From assembly GCF_009914755.1 (NCBI RefSeq), contig NC_060932.1: a stretch of 64,000 bases of DNA, one strand, 5' to 3'. The position numbers were made by a program, and so were the translations under genes. This document shows positions 1 to 20,464 of the stretch, piece by piece; positions within the stretch are counted from its first letter, which is position 1, and every line of letters starts with the position of its first letter. The stretch comes from the human T2T-CHM13v2.0 reference genome, Homo sapiens. The notes beneath the pieces are model-generated. The model was given only the letters and a program-made list of their open reading frames with translations, was not told the DNA's origin and made no database searches.

Positions 1-32
1 GTGAGACCAAGAACCCACCAATTCCGCACACA
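1..32 (+). mobile_element. 3' end of an LTR12 (ERV9) LTR, cut by the window edge
   Basis: gtgagaccaagaacccaccaattccgcacaca matches the recalled LTR12 terminus (...AGTGAGACCAAGAACCCACCAATTCCGGACACA); no tRNA primer-binding site follows. Confidence 0.8.
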
Positions 33-269
33 GTGACACAACCCAATATACCTTTTATTATATCAAACCCCGAGTGGGCTAGGGGAGCACCTTGTAATCA
101 AACATATAAACCCTTTCTGCAGCGAAATGTAAGAATATTCAAGCTAAGTAGGATAGTACGTAACTTCAGGTCAGTTGAGGTCAGGTTTTGCTGCCCCACA
201 GTTACGAAATGCTTGTGGTTTCCAGAGTGGGGAAGTTTGGAAATGTGGATAAGGGATCGCGGACCTACA

Positions 270-400
270 AAACCATCACCTTTTGGATGAGGTAACTGAG
301 ATTCAAAGAGGTGAAGTAATGTGCCCAAGGTCACTCTACTGGGCGGAGGAGTCCAGGTTAGGACACGGCGGTGTTGGGTTGCAAGATCCATGCGCTCTCT
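270..400. mobile_element. MIR fragment
   Basis: gatgaggtaactgagattcaaagaggtgaagtaatgtgcccaaggtcac is MIR core-like. Confidence 0.6.
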
Positions 401-840
401 ACTGCATAATTCTGGCCTGCTTCCTGCTGTCCGGTACAAAAAGGAGTAAATGGCAGTCCCTCCGGTGCTCAGCGGCAATGGCAATCAGACCAAGTTTGCA
501 AAGAAGAGTTTTCTTTCTGGAACAGCAATGCCTCCACCTACTGGACATATGTGAGAATATCACCTGACTCCCCCAGAAAACGGAGTTTATTGTCCTGGTA
601 ATGGACTCTTAAAGGAGGGCAACGGAATTGTCTTTCTGCGACTCTGCAAATGACATTTCAGGAGCCAGGAAGTGGTTACTAAATTGCTGTTACATAACTA
701 TCCTTCAAAATAATAACAACAACAAAACAACAATAATAACGTTGGAACCGTCAATGAGATTTGTTTGTTTGCTTGCTTGCTTTCTCTACTGGACTCAGCT
801 CCTGCACCTTGAAATGTACCGGGAATAAAGTAAGAGGTTG

Positions 841-980
841 GGACAGGCGAGGTGGCTCATGCCTGTAATCACAGCACTTTGGGAGGCCAAGGCTGGAGGC
901 TTGCTTGAGCGCAGGAGTTCAAGACCAGCTAGGGCAATATAGGGAGACCCCCGTCTCTACAAAAATAATTTTTTAAAAAA
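841..980 (+). mobile_element. Alu left arm, part of a local duplication
   Basis: ggtggctcatgcctgtaatc...gtctctacaaaaa; no right arm. Confidence 0.85.
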
Positions 981-1305
981 TTTCTTTTAAAAATTTTCTC
1001 TTTCATCCAATTGCCAGAAATTCTATTGTTAAATGCCAATTTTACCATTCTCAGCATCTCCGAACATCCATTCTCAAACATGGCACTCTCCAAACCTTTC
1101 AGGAGCTCCTTATTGGCCACAGACACCTGCTGCTCCAGCAGATTTGCCACGTCGTATACCTCTGCCCTAGATGGGCCGTTATCATACCGCTATATCCTAT
1201 TATAGTGCCCAGAACCGCCTATGAGATCTGTTTGGTTAGTTGCTTTCTCTACTGGAGTCTTAGCTCCTGCACCTTGCAATGTACCTGGAATAAAGCAAGA
1301 GTTTG

Positions 1306-1640
1306 GGTTGGCCACGGTGGCTCATGCCTGTAATCTCAGCACTTTGGGAGGTCAAGGCCGGCAGATCGCTTGAGCCCAGGAGTTCAAGACCAGTTTGGAC
1401 AACTTAGGGAGAACCCCGTTTCTACAAAAATAATTTTTTAAAAAATTAGCTGGGCATAGTGGCATGCGCCTCTGGTCCCAGCTACTCTGAAGGCTGAGGC
1501 AGGAGGATTATTTGAGCCCAGGAGGCCAAGGCTGCCATAAGCCATGCTCACATCACTGCCTTTCAACTTGGGTGACAGGGCAAGATCCTGTCTCAAAAAA
1601 CAAAAAACAAAACAAAACAGAAAACCAGAAACCAAACAAC
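1306..1640 (+). mobile_element. AluJ-type, full length
   Basis: both arms, gcttgagcccaggagttc J-type motif, A-rich tail. Confidence 0.9.
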
Positions 1641-2041
1641 AAAGAGTTTAGTCTTTTTTGAGGAAGGAAAAATGAGAGTGAATTTATTTCATAAAATTAC
1701 AAAAATAAAAAATTTTTACATTAATTAAATGCAAATATAGTCATCATTGCCTTCTAAATTTCAGTGTGATTACACATTTAAAATCCTTTCTTGAATATGT
1801 ATTTTGGTAGAAGGCAGGATGAAGAGAACTCGGGGATACACACATTGCCAGAGAAGGGAGATCTTCAATAAATGTAATAACCACAATATACAGGATACTG
1901 TGTTCATATAAGAGATGGTTCTTTCCTTCAATCTCCCACATCATCTCTTCTTTTCTCAGACAGTGCCTTGAATTTCTCAAAAATACCTTATTCTTTCCTT
2001 CCTTCTTTTCTTTTCTTTTCCTTTCTCTTCTTTTCTTTTCT

Positions 2042-2086
2042 CTTTTTTTGAGACTGAGTCTTGCTCTGTCGCCTGGGCTGGAGTGC
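2042..2086 (-). mobile_element. Alu 3' fragment with CT-rich tail
   Basis: ttttgagactgagtcttgctctgtcgcctgggctggagtgc then stops. Confidence 0.75.
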
Positions 2087-2189
2087 CCTTAGAATGAATT
2101 AGCCAAGGAAACAAAAAAGTATACATGGAATGTGACACTTTGGAAGCTGGAGTGGTTACAAGATAAGTGGATAGTTATTTTTTCAGGTA

Positions 2190-3065
<876 letters not shown>

Positions 3066-3082
3066 GAGATGGGTATTTTTAA

Positions 3083-3520
<438 letters not shown>

Positions 3521-3654
3521 TGGATGACATTTTCAATTTTAACATATAACATGGTAGGGAGTTGCAGGACTAGAGAGGCATCATGAATACAATAAATCTT
3601 TTTTTACAAAAGCAAAAAAGAACAATCTTAACACTGACAAGTAAAACTGCAAAA

Positions 3655-3790
3655 TATATATCTCAGAACCTCAGCTCCTCTTCTGTAAAATGAGAGCAAC
3701 AATACTTTATAGTGCTGTTGTATGAAAAATTGTGTTCTATCTGAGAAGGCCTCAAAGAGACGTGGCACACATAGTAAGCACTCAATCAAT
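3655..3790. mobile_element. MIR fragment
   Basis: cctcagctcctcttctgtaaaatgag...tggcacacatagtaagcactcaat. Confidence 0.65.
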
Positions 3791-4047
3791 ACTTTGTAGC
3801 CAGTTCAATTCAATACGGTCCCTCATCCACAAACCAATCCAGCATTTGGCCTTTTGTGAAATATTGTTTAGCTTTCACCTTGAAAAGCCTGGGTTTTCAT
3901 CTCACCTTCAGCTCTGTCTTTTGCTGTTCAACAAGAGATTTTTATACTTGTGTCTATATTCATGATATCAAAGCAAGTAGTTTAATAATTGAAAAAGAGG
4001 TGACTGATCTAGTGAATCTTGCTCTCAAGGTAAAAATTAGAAGTGAC

Positions 4048-4690
<643 letters not shown>

Positions 4691-5282
4691 GAATTAGAAG
4701 TGCCATCCCACTAACTCTGCTAGGCAACACCCCGATATCTCTGGTCAGATGTGTTCATGAGGCTACATAGTCTTCAAGTCTGTGGAATTAGACTTCTGCC
4801 CTTAAGTGGGGGCATAATAAATCTTTTTAAAACTTAGTTTGCCTATTGTTTAGATATCAAATAGACTCAATCTGTCTACCTCTTTTCAGAGTCTGGTTCT
4901 TGAGATCATATGTTTATTTTAATATTATGTTTAAATATGTTAGACTATAAAATAGACATCTAACTACATACTTTTAATGTTGGGTTAAACTTTGTTGATT
5001 AGGATTATCTCCACACTACACTGAGTTTGAAATGATAGAATATCTAAATTTCAGAGTATAAATGCATTTCAATTACTTTCAAGTTTAGGTACAAAACTCA
5101 AGCCAGAACAGAAAAATATCACCTAGGGTCAGTCTCACTTCACTGACTAGATAAAAATCATGTGTAATCAGTACATCAACTCAACAATCTAGAAATTGCT
5201 AGCTTTAGTCTCTTATGTGTACAGTATAATTTTTGTAAATGAAGGATACTCCTAAAACATTTGAAACTTTCTAACCTGATGA

Positions 5283-5608
<326 letters not shown>

Positions 5609-5611
5609 TAA

Positions 5612-5811
<200 letters not shown>

Positions 5812-6296
5812 TTCTTTTAATGCATAGAACAGAGGAGATGTTCTCATTTCCTGTTTGTGAACAAATTCCCAATTAACACTATGAAAACTACTGAGTTTTG
5901 TTGCAGGGGTCAACGAGTACCCTAAAGGTTCCCAATTTGTGGTAGCATTTGACAATTCACAGACATGCTACTCCCTGGGCAGTTACCAACAACTGAATCT
6001 TATGATCAGCCTCTCAGCCCTGTGTACTTCCACCCAATCACCTCCACAAATCACAACCAGGGGTCTTTCAGGCCTATCCCTGGGGTGCGGGGTGGGGGCA
6101 GGGAGCAGAGGAGATGGAGTTTGTAATTTGAAATGGGACCCCATTTGAAAAAAGTAGCCAATTCTTGTGTGACCATTATAGAAAGACCTAGAACTAAGAG
6201 AGAGCCTTGAAGACCTGAATCATTACCTGTTACTCCTCTTTACCACACAGGATGCACACTGTGCTGTGGGGAACACGATCACACAGACAAGGCTGA

Positions 6297-6960
<664 letters not shown>

Positions 6961-7199
6961 CAACCAGCTATTATTACTATTTTTTAATTAGAAGGAAAAA
7001 AAAAAAAACAAAAAACAGAGGGATGTGGGTGTGTATGTTTCTTGGAATCCAAGCGATCAGGGGGAAAAAATCCGTCAAAAATGTTCTCAGTACAAAAGTT
7101 GGCAAAACAGCTCTCTTTTTTAAACTGAACTTTGTAATAGGAGAAATACTCTCACAAGGACAGGATGTTTCTGAGCCAAGTTGAAGCAAAAGAAACTTT

Positions 7200-8300
7200 T
7201 TCCAGCATGTCAGGAACGAAGCTGACGTTCCATTAAGAAAAAAAAAAAAAAAAAAGAAGTGCTAGAGGAAGGAGTAAGAGGTGAAAAGGCACCAGAATTC
7301 AGACGGAGCTTTAAATTCCAGACAGGGCCAGCGTTGGGAGCACGTAGGAGGCGCCCCTCGGAAAGGAGCCGGAGACCCAGCTGACTTCGCACTTGAGCTC
7401 CAGCCCCGTGGACATTTCCTGTTCTGCCTCTGGAAATTCAAGCTGAAAGTTACAAAACATCCTTTTCCCTGGAACCAAGTGCTTGGTTGGGAGACCATGC
7501 CCTCCCCTTCCTTCCTCGGAACTCCTCCCTGATCGCCCCGTGGCTTCCCCAGGAGAGATGCGAAATCAGCGGTAGCAGGTGGCGCAGAAGGGAGAGGGGA
7601 GCGACCCTGGGGACCGACTCTGGGGACCCTCGCCGAAGAGGTAGGAAACGGGGGACTGCACGTTCCTGAGGCCACTTCACACTTATTGAGCAAAACGAGG
7701 TGCTGTCCTTTAAGCCTGGGGCTGAGGTGTTTCCCTCGCTTGGGTATGCGCCGGGTGGTGGGTGGACTGGCCTCGAATCTGGAATAAGTTCAGGCATTCC
7801 TTTTCCCTCTCTCTTTCCAAGTTGAACTTTAATTCTTGGGTCTCTGGAACCACGTATTTTGTTTGGTGTGGGAGGTATTAAATGGCAGAATTCTAGGAAG
7901 TAAATATTGTGAATCCCTGATTTTGCTCTTTTCTTTATTTTCTTTTCTCTTTCCTTTTCTTTTCTTTTCCCTTTGCTTCTCTCTTCTCTTCTTTTTTCTT
8001 TCCGCCCCTGAAATGCCCAGGAGCAGTCATAAATACCTTCATCTGGGAATAGATTTCGGGGAGAAGTGAGAAGGGGACAGGGCTGGGAAAAGCATTCTCA
8101 CCACGGTGAACGGGGCGCGGCTGTTTTCCGGGACCTGGGCCATGTATTCTTCTGGCCCAGATGCTCTCTCCGTCCCTTCCTTCTGCCCACTGCCATAGGG
8201 ACAACTACCTTGAGTTGTTTCTCCGGGTGCAGGGATGTGGCACAGACCCTGGTCAGGGCCCTTGAGCATCAGTGCCCTGCGTTTATGGACAGAACTCAGG
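7200..8300. promoter_or_regulatory. CpG-retaining unique region, likely enhancer or orphan promoter
   Basis: many CpGs in non-repeat DNA; imperfect CTCF-like tagcaggtggcgc at 7573-7585. Confidence 0.45.
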
Positions 8301-8557
8301 TGCTGTCTTAAACGTTTCTGTCTGGGGCAGAGCTAACTGGTCTACCCAGGAGCCTGCGTGTAGTCCTTGGCTTCGTGAGGGACACCCGGCAGTCGGTCTC
8401 TGGAAGGCCAGCCTTGGCAATACATGTGCTGACACTGGACCTGCTCAGAGAACTCAGCATGGCTTCTGCATAAGGAGTACTCAGCTGGGTTCACATTTAT
8501 TGTATACATTTGTTTCTCTTAGAAAATGGCTTTTGAACTTAAAAAACGTCTTGTGTG

Positions 8558-8862
<305 letters not shown>

Positions 8863-9439
8863 ACATCTTATGATCTAAGGACATCCTTGCTCCTTGGAAG
8901 GGATGCAGGTCCCCTTTGTGGAGTTCAGCGTGGAGCCTGGGGGCACCAGGGACCTCCTCTTCCCACTTCCAACAAAGTAGCTCCATCCTTACCTGACTTT
9001 TATGTCGAGGTTCCCAGTTAAAAGCATGCTTTTGAAACAATTTGCAGAACTGCTGACCTGCAACAAGCAGTGCTTTGCCTAGACTGAAAATGACTGCTTA
9101 TGGAACAAAGTTGATTGACGGAGGGATTTCTAGCTTGCCCCTGTCTAGGCTCTTACTCCGTCCTCCCATCCGCCTCCTTGAATGATCGCCTTCTGCCCTA
9201 GGGAACCCGCTGGAGGTGGGAGTGCCAACAAGGCTCAGCGAGCCAGCTGTTCCATCTCAGGCACCTGACCTCTCGTGCAGGGACAGACAAGGGGCAGAGC
9301 CCCGGAGAGCTGACATTACAACTCGGCCTCTCTCTCCAAGTCTTTTCTGAATTTGTCCTTCTAATTGTGCTCACGGTTATGAACTACATGATCAATAATT
9401 GTAACAGCTAATTATTGATCTTCCTTTATGATAACAGAT

Positions 9440-9650
9440 TACTTATTGAGCCAGGCATGGGGCTGAGCACATTACACAGATGAGCTCATGGAATCCTCAG
9501 CCCTATAAGGTAGCTTTTGGCATGACCCCCACTCTGCTGTGTGGAGCGGAAAGGAAGAGCCACTGAGTGACTGGCTTGAGGGCACCCTGCCACTTAGTGG
9601 TGAAGGTGGGGCTGGGGCCCCCTCCCCCTGAGTCTGAGCCATACTGCCTT
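9440..9650. mobile_element. MIR fragment
   Basis: acttattgagccaggcatggggctgagcac...gaatcctcagccctataaggtag. Confidence 0.5.
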
Positions 9651-9882
9651 GAATATTTTTGCAGCCCTGTTTGACAGAAGTAAGAAGGACATTGTTGTGA
9701 GTGTGGCTTTTTCGTATTTTGTCGAAGAATGCCCCTGAGAATAGGCTGGGAGGAGCAGGGTCACAGGGCCAGGACGGAATGTTCTGTGGGAAGGAAGAGT
9801 GCTCCTAAGAATAAGTGGAGTTAGAATTCTTGTCCAAACTGTATCCCTGATAAACATCACTTTTTCTCTGAGAGGTGGTATA

Positions 9883-10205
9883 GTTTTTGTTTGTTTGTTT
9901 TATTTTTTAGATACAGGGTCTTGCTGTGTCATCCAGGCTGGAGTGCAGTGGTACAGTCCTAGTTCTAGCTCACTGCAGCCTCAACCTCCTGGGCTCAAGT
10001 GATCCTCCCACCTGAGCCTCCCCAGGAGCTGAAACTACAGGCATGCACCACTATGCCTGGCTATTTTTTTAAATTTTTTAATTTTTGTGTAGAGATGGGG
10101 GTCTCCCTATGTTGCCCAGGCTGGTCTTGAACTCCTGGTCTCAAGCGATCCTCCTGCCTCAGCTGCCCAAAGTGTCAGGATTACAGGCGTGAGCCACTGT
10201 GCCCT
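9883..10205 (-). mobile_element. AluJ-type
   Basis: antisense Alu; TSD gaggtggta. Confidence 0.9.
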
Positions 10206-10229
10206 ACCGAGGTGGTAAGGTTCAATGGG

Positions 10230-10470
10230 AAAGTGCCAGGCTCTGTAGCCAGAGTGCCTGGGTTCACATCTCAGCTCTGTCACATTTTAGCTTGGTCATC
10301 TTGGGCAAATTACACAAACCTGTGTGCCTCAGTTTCTTCAAAATAATATCCTCTGGAGAAGGATGATAATAACAGTACCTATTTCACAAAGATATCATGA
10401 AGATAAGATTAGTTAATCCACATGAAGCATTTAGAATTGCATCTGGCATATGATAAACACTCAATAAATA
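10230..10470. mobile_element. MIR
   Basis: cctgggttcacatctcagctctgtcac...gtgcctcagtttcttc...aaacactcaataaat. Confidence 0.75.
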
Positions 10471-10706
10471 TGTTATGTGTAAAAGAGGTTGTTGTGTTAA
10501 CCCAAGGAAAAGTAGTTTGGGAGCAGTCTGGAAATATGAAGTCACTGGTGTTTGAAACTATAAAATGCACACCAACAAATGCAATGTAATTTCAATTTGA
10601 GCTGGGGAGAGGAGGATTGTGCTTGGACCCCAGCTAGGAAGGAACCTGGGAGACAGCCTAGGACCTTCAGGGAAGAGCTTAGCTGTTCTCCCAGAGATAA
10701 AACTGA

Positions 10707-10707
<1 letters not shown>

Positions 10708-10741
<34 letters not shown>
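10708..10741 (+). repeat. (AAC)n microsatellite
   Basis: about 11 perfect units. Confidence 0.95.
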
Positions 10742-10742
<1 letters not shown>

Positions 10743-10774
10743 AACTAGTCTTTAGGGTTGGCATTGCCAAATTA

Positions 10775-11350
<576 letters not shown>

Positions 11351-11574
11351 TCAAACTGAGATATGAAATTTAAGAGCTAAATATAGCTGATTTAAAACAA
11401 CAACAACAACAACAAAAAACCCAGGAGATCAAGACTTACAAAAGAATTGTGTGGCTTTTTCAAAGAACAAATTTGTGAGCTCAGCCTGAGTCTGGATTAC
11501 ATGTATAATGATCTTGAAACTAGTTTGCCAACTTTTACTTGAAGTAGAAGTAGATGAGAAATAAATCAATGGCT

Positions 11575-11810
11575 GACATTGACTGAGCACTTACTATGAC
11601 CCAGGCATTGTGCTAAGTGCTTCCCCTGCGTCACCTCATTTGTTTAATCCTCATGGCCGCCTGTCAGGTGAATACTATTATTATCCCCGGTTTGCAAATA
11701 GCGATAGCAAGGTTTAGAGAAGGAGACAAAATGCACAAAAGCAGACAGCTCGTAAGCATTGGAGTTGGCATTCTAATTTAGGGCTATCTAATTTGGGTAT
11801 GAGTGCTTAA
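11575..11810. mobile_element. MIR
   Basis: gagcacttactatgacccaggcattgtgctaagtgct...tttaatcctcat. Confidence 0.7.
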
Positions 11811-13165
11811 ACCCAACATTATAGTTCTAGTGAATCTAATAATTCCTGGCTTAAGCCATTTGTGTCTGTTTGAAGAGTACTGTACATAGAAGCTGATGGA
11901 CAAGAGTCATAACTCTTGCAACATGGGCACAGCGCTAGTGTGGGCAAAACACACTTAGACATTTTGGAGAGCAGAGTTTGGAAGACTCGGCACCGGACAG
12001 GAGATGCACGGCATAATTGCATCTGAGCAAGGAGACTGTTCCAGGCAGCTCCAGGTGTAGGTAAAATCGTGAAGCAAGTTGCCTTCTTCACCTTTCTCTC
12101 TGCTCTCCTAGAGGCTTCCCTGCTCATCCCAGGCCACTCAAGATATCAGGGATATCTTTTTCTTTTTTCCAGAGATCTCAGTCACACTCTAACAAGACAG
12201 AGACGATCCCAGCTGTGGACTCCCACCAAGCCCCGCTCTGCAATAAATACCCTCCATCTCTCATATCCAGAATTGATCCTCTTTTTTTTTTTTGGTCCAT
12301 CAGAACCCCCTTTAACCAGCACTTGATGTTTAGCAAACTGTTTGAAAGTAATCAATGAATTCATACACTGGTGCAGCTCTCTTGGGGGACTTTTAGGCTT
12401 CAGTGTGACAGTGACTAGGGGAGATGCACTTAGGGCAGGGAGATTCCCAGGAACCCCCTGGCCAAATGCCACTGTAGTTATCTGTTCCCTGGTGGGAAAG
12501 GCACTCTCCTTTCTGATGGTCTGAGGTCCGGACTGCAGGCTTTTGCTGTGTTCCTTCATAGGAGGCTGCTTACCTGAATTTTCAGAACAATTCCTAGCAC
12601 CAGCTCAGCAGGGACAGCACCCGGCAGCAGTAGGAAGCGGGTGTGATGTTCTTCCTGGGTGCCCAGAGCCCTCTCCCTCTGTCCTTTTTCTTGGTGGCCC
12701 CTCTCCCACCCCATTCCCAGCCTCTCCCAGGCTCCCCTTCCTTCCTCACCTCCAGGAAAGCCTCGAGGCTCTTAATTCACGGGACAACCTTAAAACGCAC
12801 ACTGGCCAAGCATGGGCGTGTTTATAACAAGAATCAAATTATTTTGCTGGAAACAAGAGGACAATGGAATTTAGGAATCAGCAGTTCTGGGAGAGTTTTT
12901 TAAAATGTTGGAATTCGGGTCCTCCTTAGACGTCCCTGCCTCAAATAATGCACTGTAAACCGTTCTCATTCATGGCCCATCAGTCATTGCGCAGGGTCCT
13001 AGTTTAATAAGTATGGGGAACTGGGGAAAGGAAGGGAAACCTGTTGCTCATCCCAGGCCTCCCAAGATTTTGGGGATGGCAAAGAGGGGAGGGCTTCCAC
13101 ATCTTCTGCACTTTCAGTCTTCTAGAGGCAATGAAGATACCAGATACCTTCTTCTTTAGTTTCAG

Positions 13166-13473
<308 letters not shown>

Positions 13474-14324
13474 TAAGCCTGTGTTTTTAAAATGAGGTTC
13501 CAGGCAGATACAAGCAGAAAGGAAGAGTTGCAAAAGCAGACACGATACAGAACAAAATGCCCCAAGGTAGCAGGGAGGGCTTGGTATGTTTATTATGCAA
13601 CAAAGGACTCTCCTGGCCCTTGGAACTTTCCATAGTTTGACTTTCGGGTTAATCATTACCATCTGCATGGCTGCTGGCAGCCGAGGCTTTGCTTGGCCTG
13701 CCGGGCCTGGCAGTCGCGTTGCTGGCCAGCCTGAGGGCTGCACTAGCCATAGTTAGCTGCGATGCCCCCTTGAGTTTCCTGCAGGAACAAGCAAGGGTGC
13801 CTGCGGCCTGCTGACGCAGGCTGGCGGGGAGTGGCTTGCCTTAGGCCTGTCTCCTTGTCTCTCACAGCTGGCTCTCCAGGGCTGGTCTGGTTTTCATAGT
13901 CTCACGTTTCCTTTTCCAGCACACTTGTGTGTGTCTGCATACCACGTGAGAACACAGCCTGCTCTCTTCCTTGGAGTGGCTGGATTTCCAGCAGGCACCA
14001 CACGTGCTTGTTCAGATGCAAGGATACGTCATGGAAAAGAGAGGCCTGAATAGATGCATCTTAGTTCATACACAGCTGTCAGGACTTGAGGCACGCATCA
14101 GCAGAGCCTGGGAAAAAGCATGAGATCTGCTTTTAGAATCATGAGCACCAGAGCTGAAAGGGATCTTACTCTCTATTCGAAACCCTTCATTTCACAGCTT
14201 TGGAAAATGAGGCTTAAGACAGGTGGGGAGTTGCCTTGGGTCACAGAGCAAGGTCCAGGGGTCCTTCTATTTCTTGAAACCAAACTGGTTGTGTGGAGAG
14301 TCTTGAGAGGAAGCTAAAGTTACA

Positions 14325-14772
14325 TGGGTGCTGGATTTTTCCATTTGGCCTTAGAAATCACTCTCCACCGTTTTCCACCCGCGCTGTGCCTGGGAGGCTG
14401 GCCAGACTGGCACCCTTACATCTGGCTTCCGGGTAGATTTAGCCAGAGGAGGGCACCTGCAGGTAGGTTTAGAGGGAGGGGAGTGTGTCATGGAGGATTT
14501 AGTCCACTTCTTCCTTTCCCGCTGCTTCCATGGGCTGGTGGTGTCCGCTGACTGAAGGCCAGGACTCCTGTCAGCAACCACCCCCTGCACTCAGCTCTCT
14601 CCCCTGACCCTTCAGGCCTAAGGCAGTGACAGCATCTCCTACAGTGGGCAGCCCTGGGCTACGCTGCTGTCTCCTGTGGCCTCCCAAACCCTCCTCAGAC
14701 CTTTGTAAATGGTCCCTTTATTAAACCCTCAAGTCAAAGAGAGAGTGTTACCTGCTGGGCTCCTGACTGAAA
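14325..14772 (+). mobile_element. LTR33-like ERVL solo LTR
   Basis: acctttgtaaatggtccctttattaaac...cctgactga matches the recalled LTR33 3' end. Confidence 0.65.
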
Positions 14773-14868
14773 GAATGGATCCTGACCCACCTGACAGGTG
14801 GCTTTGTTTGTTAGCATAAAAGAGAAAATCTGTAGGAAAGGAAGATGTCCCTGAAATTTAGGAAGAGG

Positions 14869-15680
<812 letters not shown>

Positions 15681-16680
15681 AGAGGGTGAGAGAGGCACAT
15701 CAGAGTTCCTTCAGGACATCTCTAATGGCACACATTTATGGATACCTTCATGCTTGACAAAAGTAGTGACCAGTCTCTGGGGGCAGACACATTTTTGAGG
15801 ATTCTGTTCAGCTCCATACTCTCTAATTCTCTTATCTTTTTGTCTGGCAGCCAGATATCATTGTGATGGTCCCATTCTGAAGCCAGCTGATTTGTTACCA
15901 GGCAAAGCACTCAGAGAAGACAACATAGTGGGCCGCGATGAGGACACAAAAATTGTGGAAGGGCCCAGCGTGGGGACATTTAGGGCATGGAAGTCATTTG
16001 ACTCAAGGGTTGGATCCTAGAGGTCAAGAATTGGGAGGCCCTAAGAAATGACCTAGCTCAGCCACCTCCTTTACCAGGTGGGGAAAATTAGTCCTGATGT
16101 GGGAATTTCCTTATCTGCCGCTGGTCAGTGACAAGGCCCGGACTAAAACAGAAGTCTTGGCACTCAATCTAAGGACTTCTCCTCCGTGCCTCCCTATCAC
16201 GCCTTCCCACCAACTGGCCTCCTCCCCAGCATCTGTGAGAATTCTTTGTAGGAATTCTACCCCCAATAGTTTCATTTACTGAAAGGCAGTGGGAATGTAC
16301 TCGATGTCAAGTCTGTGATGCAGCATGAAAGAAGAAACAACACTGGGGACAGTGGCTTCGCTCAGTGCCACTCACAGTGCCAGTTCTCGATGAGATCAGG
16401 AGACTGGGCTGGAACAGAAATCTACATCCAGCTTCCTTCATGGAGAAAATCTTGCTGTGGAGGCCAGGCAGGGGAGCAGCAGTGCTTAGTGAGGTAACTG
16501 GCTTACCTTCTGCCACAGGCTCCTTATCTCAGCACTGGCCAGTGTGATGGTCCCTGGCTGGAGAACACCAGGAACAGCATTGCCTCACTGCTGCTTGAGC
16601 AAACCCACCTCCCAAATAGGGCATGGTGATAGAAGAATATGCAGAAAAGACAACAGTCCCTCTGTCCAGATCCCATCTAG

Positions 16681-17038
<358 letters not shown>

Positions 17039-17096
17039 TAGAGATCTTCCTGTAGTTCCTGACTCACAGAGCACAATTTTTGTGAAGATTAGAAGA

Positions 17097-17385
<289 letters not shown>

Positions 17386-17389
17386 TACA

Positions 17390-18755
<1,366 letters not shown>

Positions 18756-20031
18756 CTTACTGAGGAGTAACACCTAGGGGAGGAGAAGGACAGAAAGCAG
18801 GACTGGATAATAGAGCCTTCAGGCTGTGATGCAGGAAAAACAAAGTTTCTGCCTGCCCCATGGGGAGCACCATAGCAAAGCTTGGCCCTTAGAGAGTACC
18901 CTGTTGGGCAGCAGTGGCCAGGACTTTATCCTACTGCCTTGCTCAGCCATTGTTTGGGGCTGCCAGAGAAGACTGATTTCAGCTCAAGAGAAGAGACAGA
19001 CCCAGAAGGCACTAACAGCTGGAGGTTCTCAGCTAACCACATTCCTTGAAGCTGGGTTGCTAAGTCCTTTCTTGGCGAGAGATCTGAGTGCTGTAACTCT
19101 GGGTCTGCCAGAAATATCTCTGAGGATTCCAAGCAGGGGTTGGCTGACCACTGGTCAGGAATCTTGAGCTGAGGATTCCTCCATCATGTGGGATTTGGGA
19201 CCAGATGATCCCATTGGCTGCCTTCAGCCTGCTTGAATCCAGGTGATCCAGCCATTCCATTCCACACATTCAGCCCACTTTGCTCAAGCCTCTGCTTCCC
19301 TTCTTGCATTAATTATCTTATGCTCTGCTGCATCCTAGAGGTAGGCTCAGAACACCTCCTTTTCCCCAGGGACCATTCCTGGAGGGCCAGAGAAGCCAGA
19401 AGACAGAGTCTAGGGTTGCCCGCACCTTTTTGATCCCAAATGTGGCTGTCTGCACCTTTTTGATCCCAAATGCTCAAGAAAGTGGTTACAGTATCCATAG
19501 CAATATAGATCAAGGAGTTGAATGCACATAAAAAGCATAAAAAGTTTGTGATGATGGGCAAAAAAATGGAAACATTCTAAGCTAAGACTTCAAAAACTAA
19601 ATCTTTGTCTGAAATGTCTCCTCCCTGTGGAATGTGCAAAAAGCAAAACAGCACTCCCTACTGATCTATCCATATACTATATCTGGCAGGTACCATTCTT
19701 TTATTTTCTTCCATCTTAACTCTCATTCTCATGGTGCTCCTGGATTTCCATTTGCAGGCACAGAGTCATTTTAGTGCAATTCTGATCTTTCTCCGCAGGA
19801 AGATGGAAAACTTTCAGACCTCTTGGAGAAAGCATGGCTCTGATGTTGTGCTCTATCTGTGCTTATTCTTCCTTGTATTTAACTTGCTTAAGGTTAAAAG
19901 CCTGTTGTGTTTTGTTGTACCTTGGCAGCTCTCTCTGGCTCGCGAGTATGCTAAAGTCACTATATGGCCTCTAAGGACAGTCTTGACTTCTAAGCCAAAA
20001 GAACCTTTTATTTTACTTTGTCTGTCTTTAG

Positions 20032-20464
<433 letters not shown>

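Noticed and set aside
19422-19472. gcacctttttgatcccaaatg repeated with a 30-bp period
   Set aside because: Simple two-copy slippage duplication with no further structure
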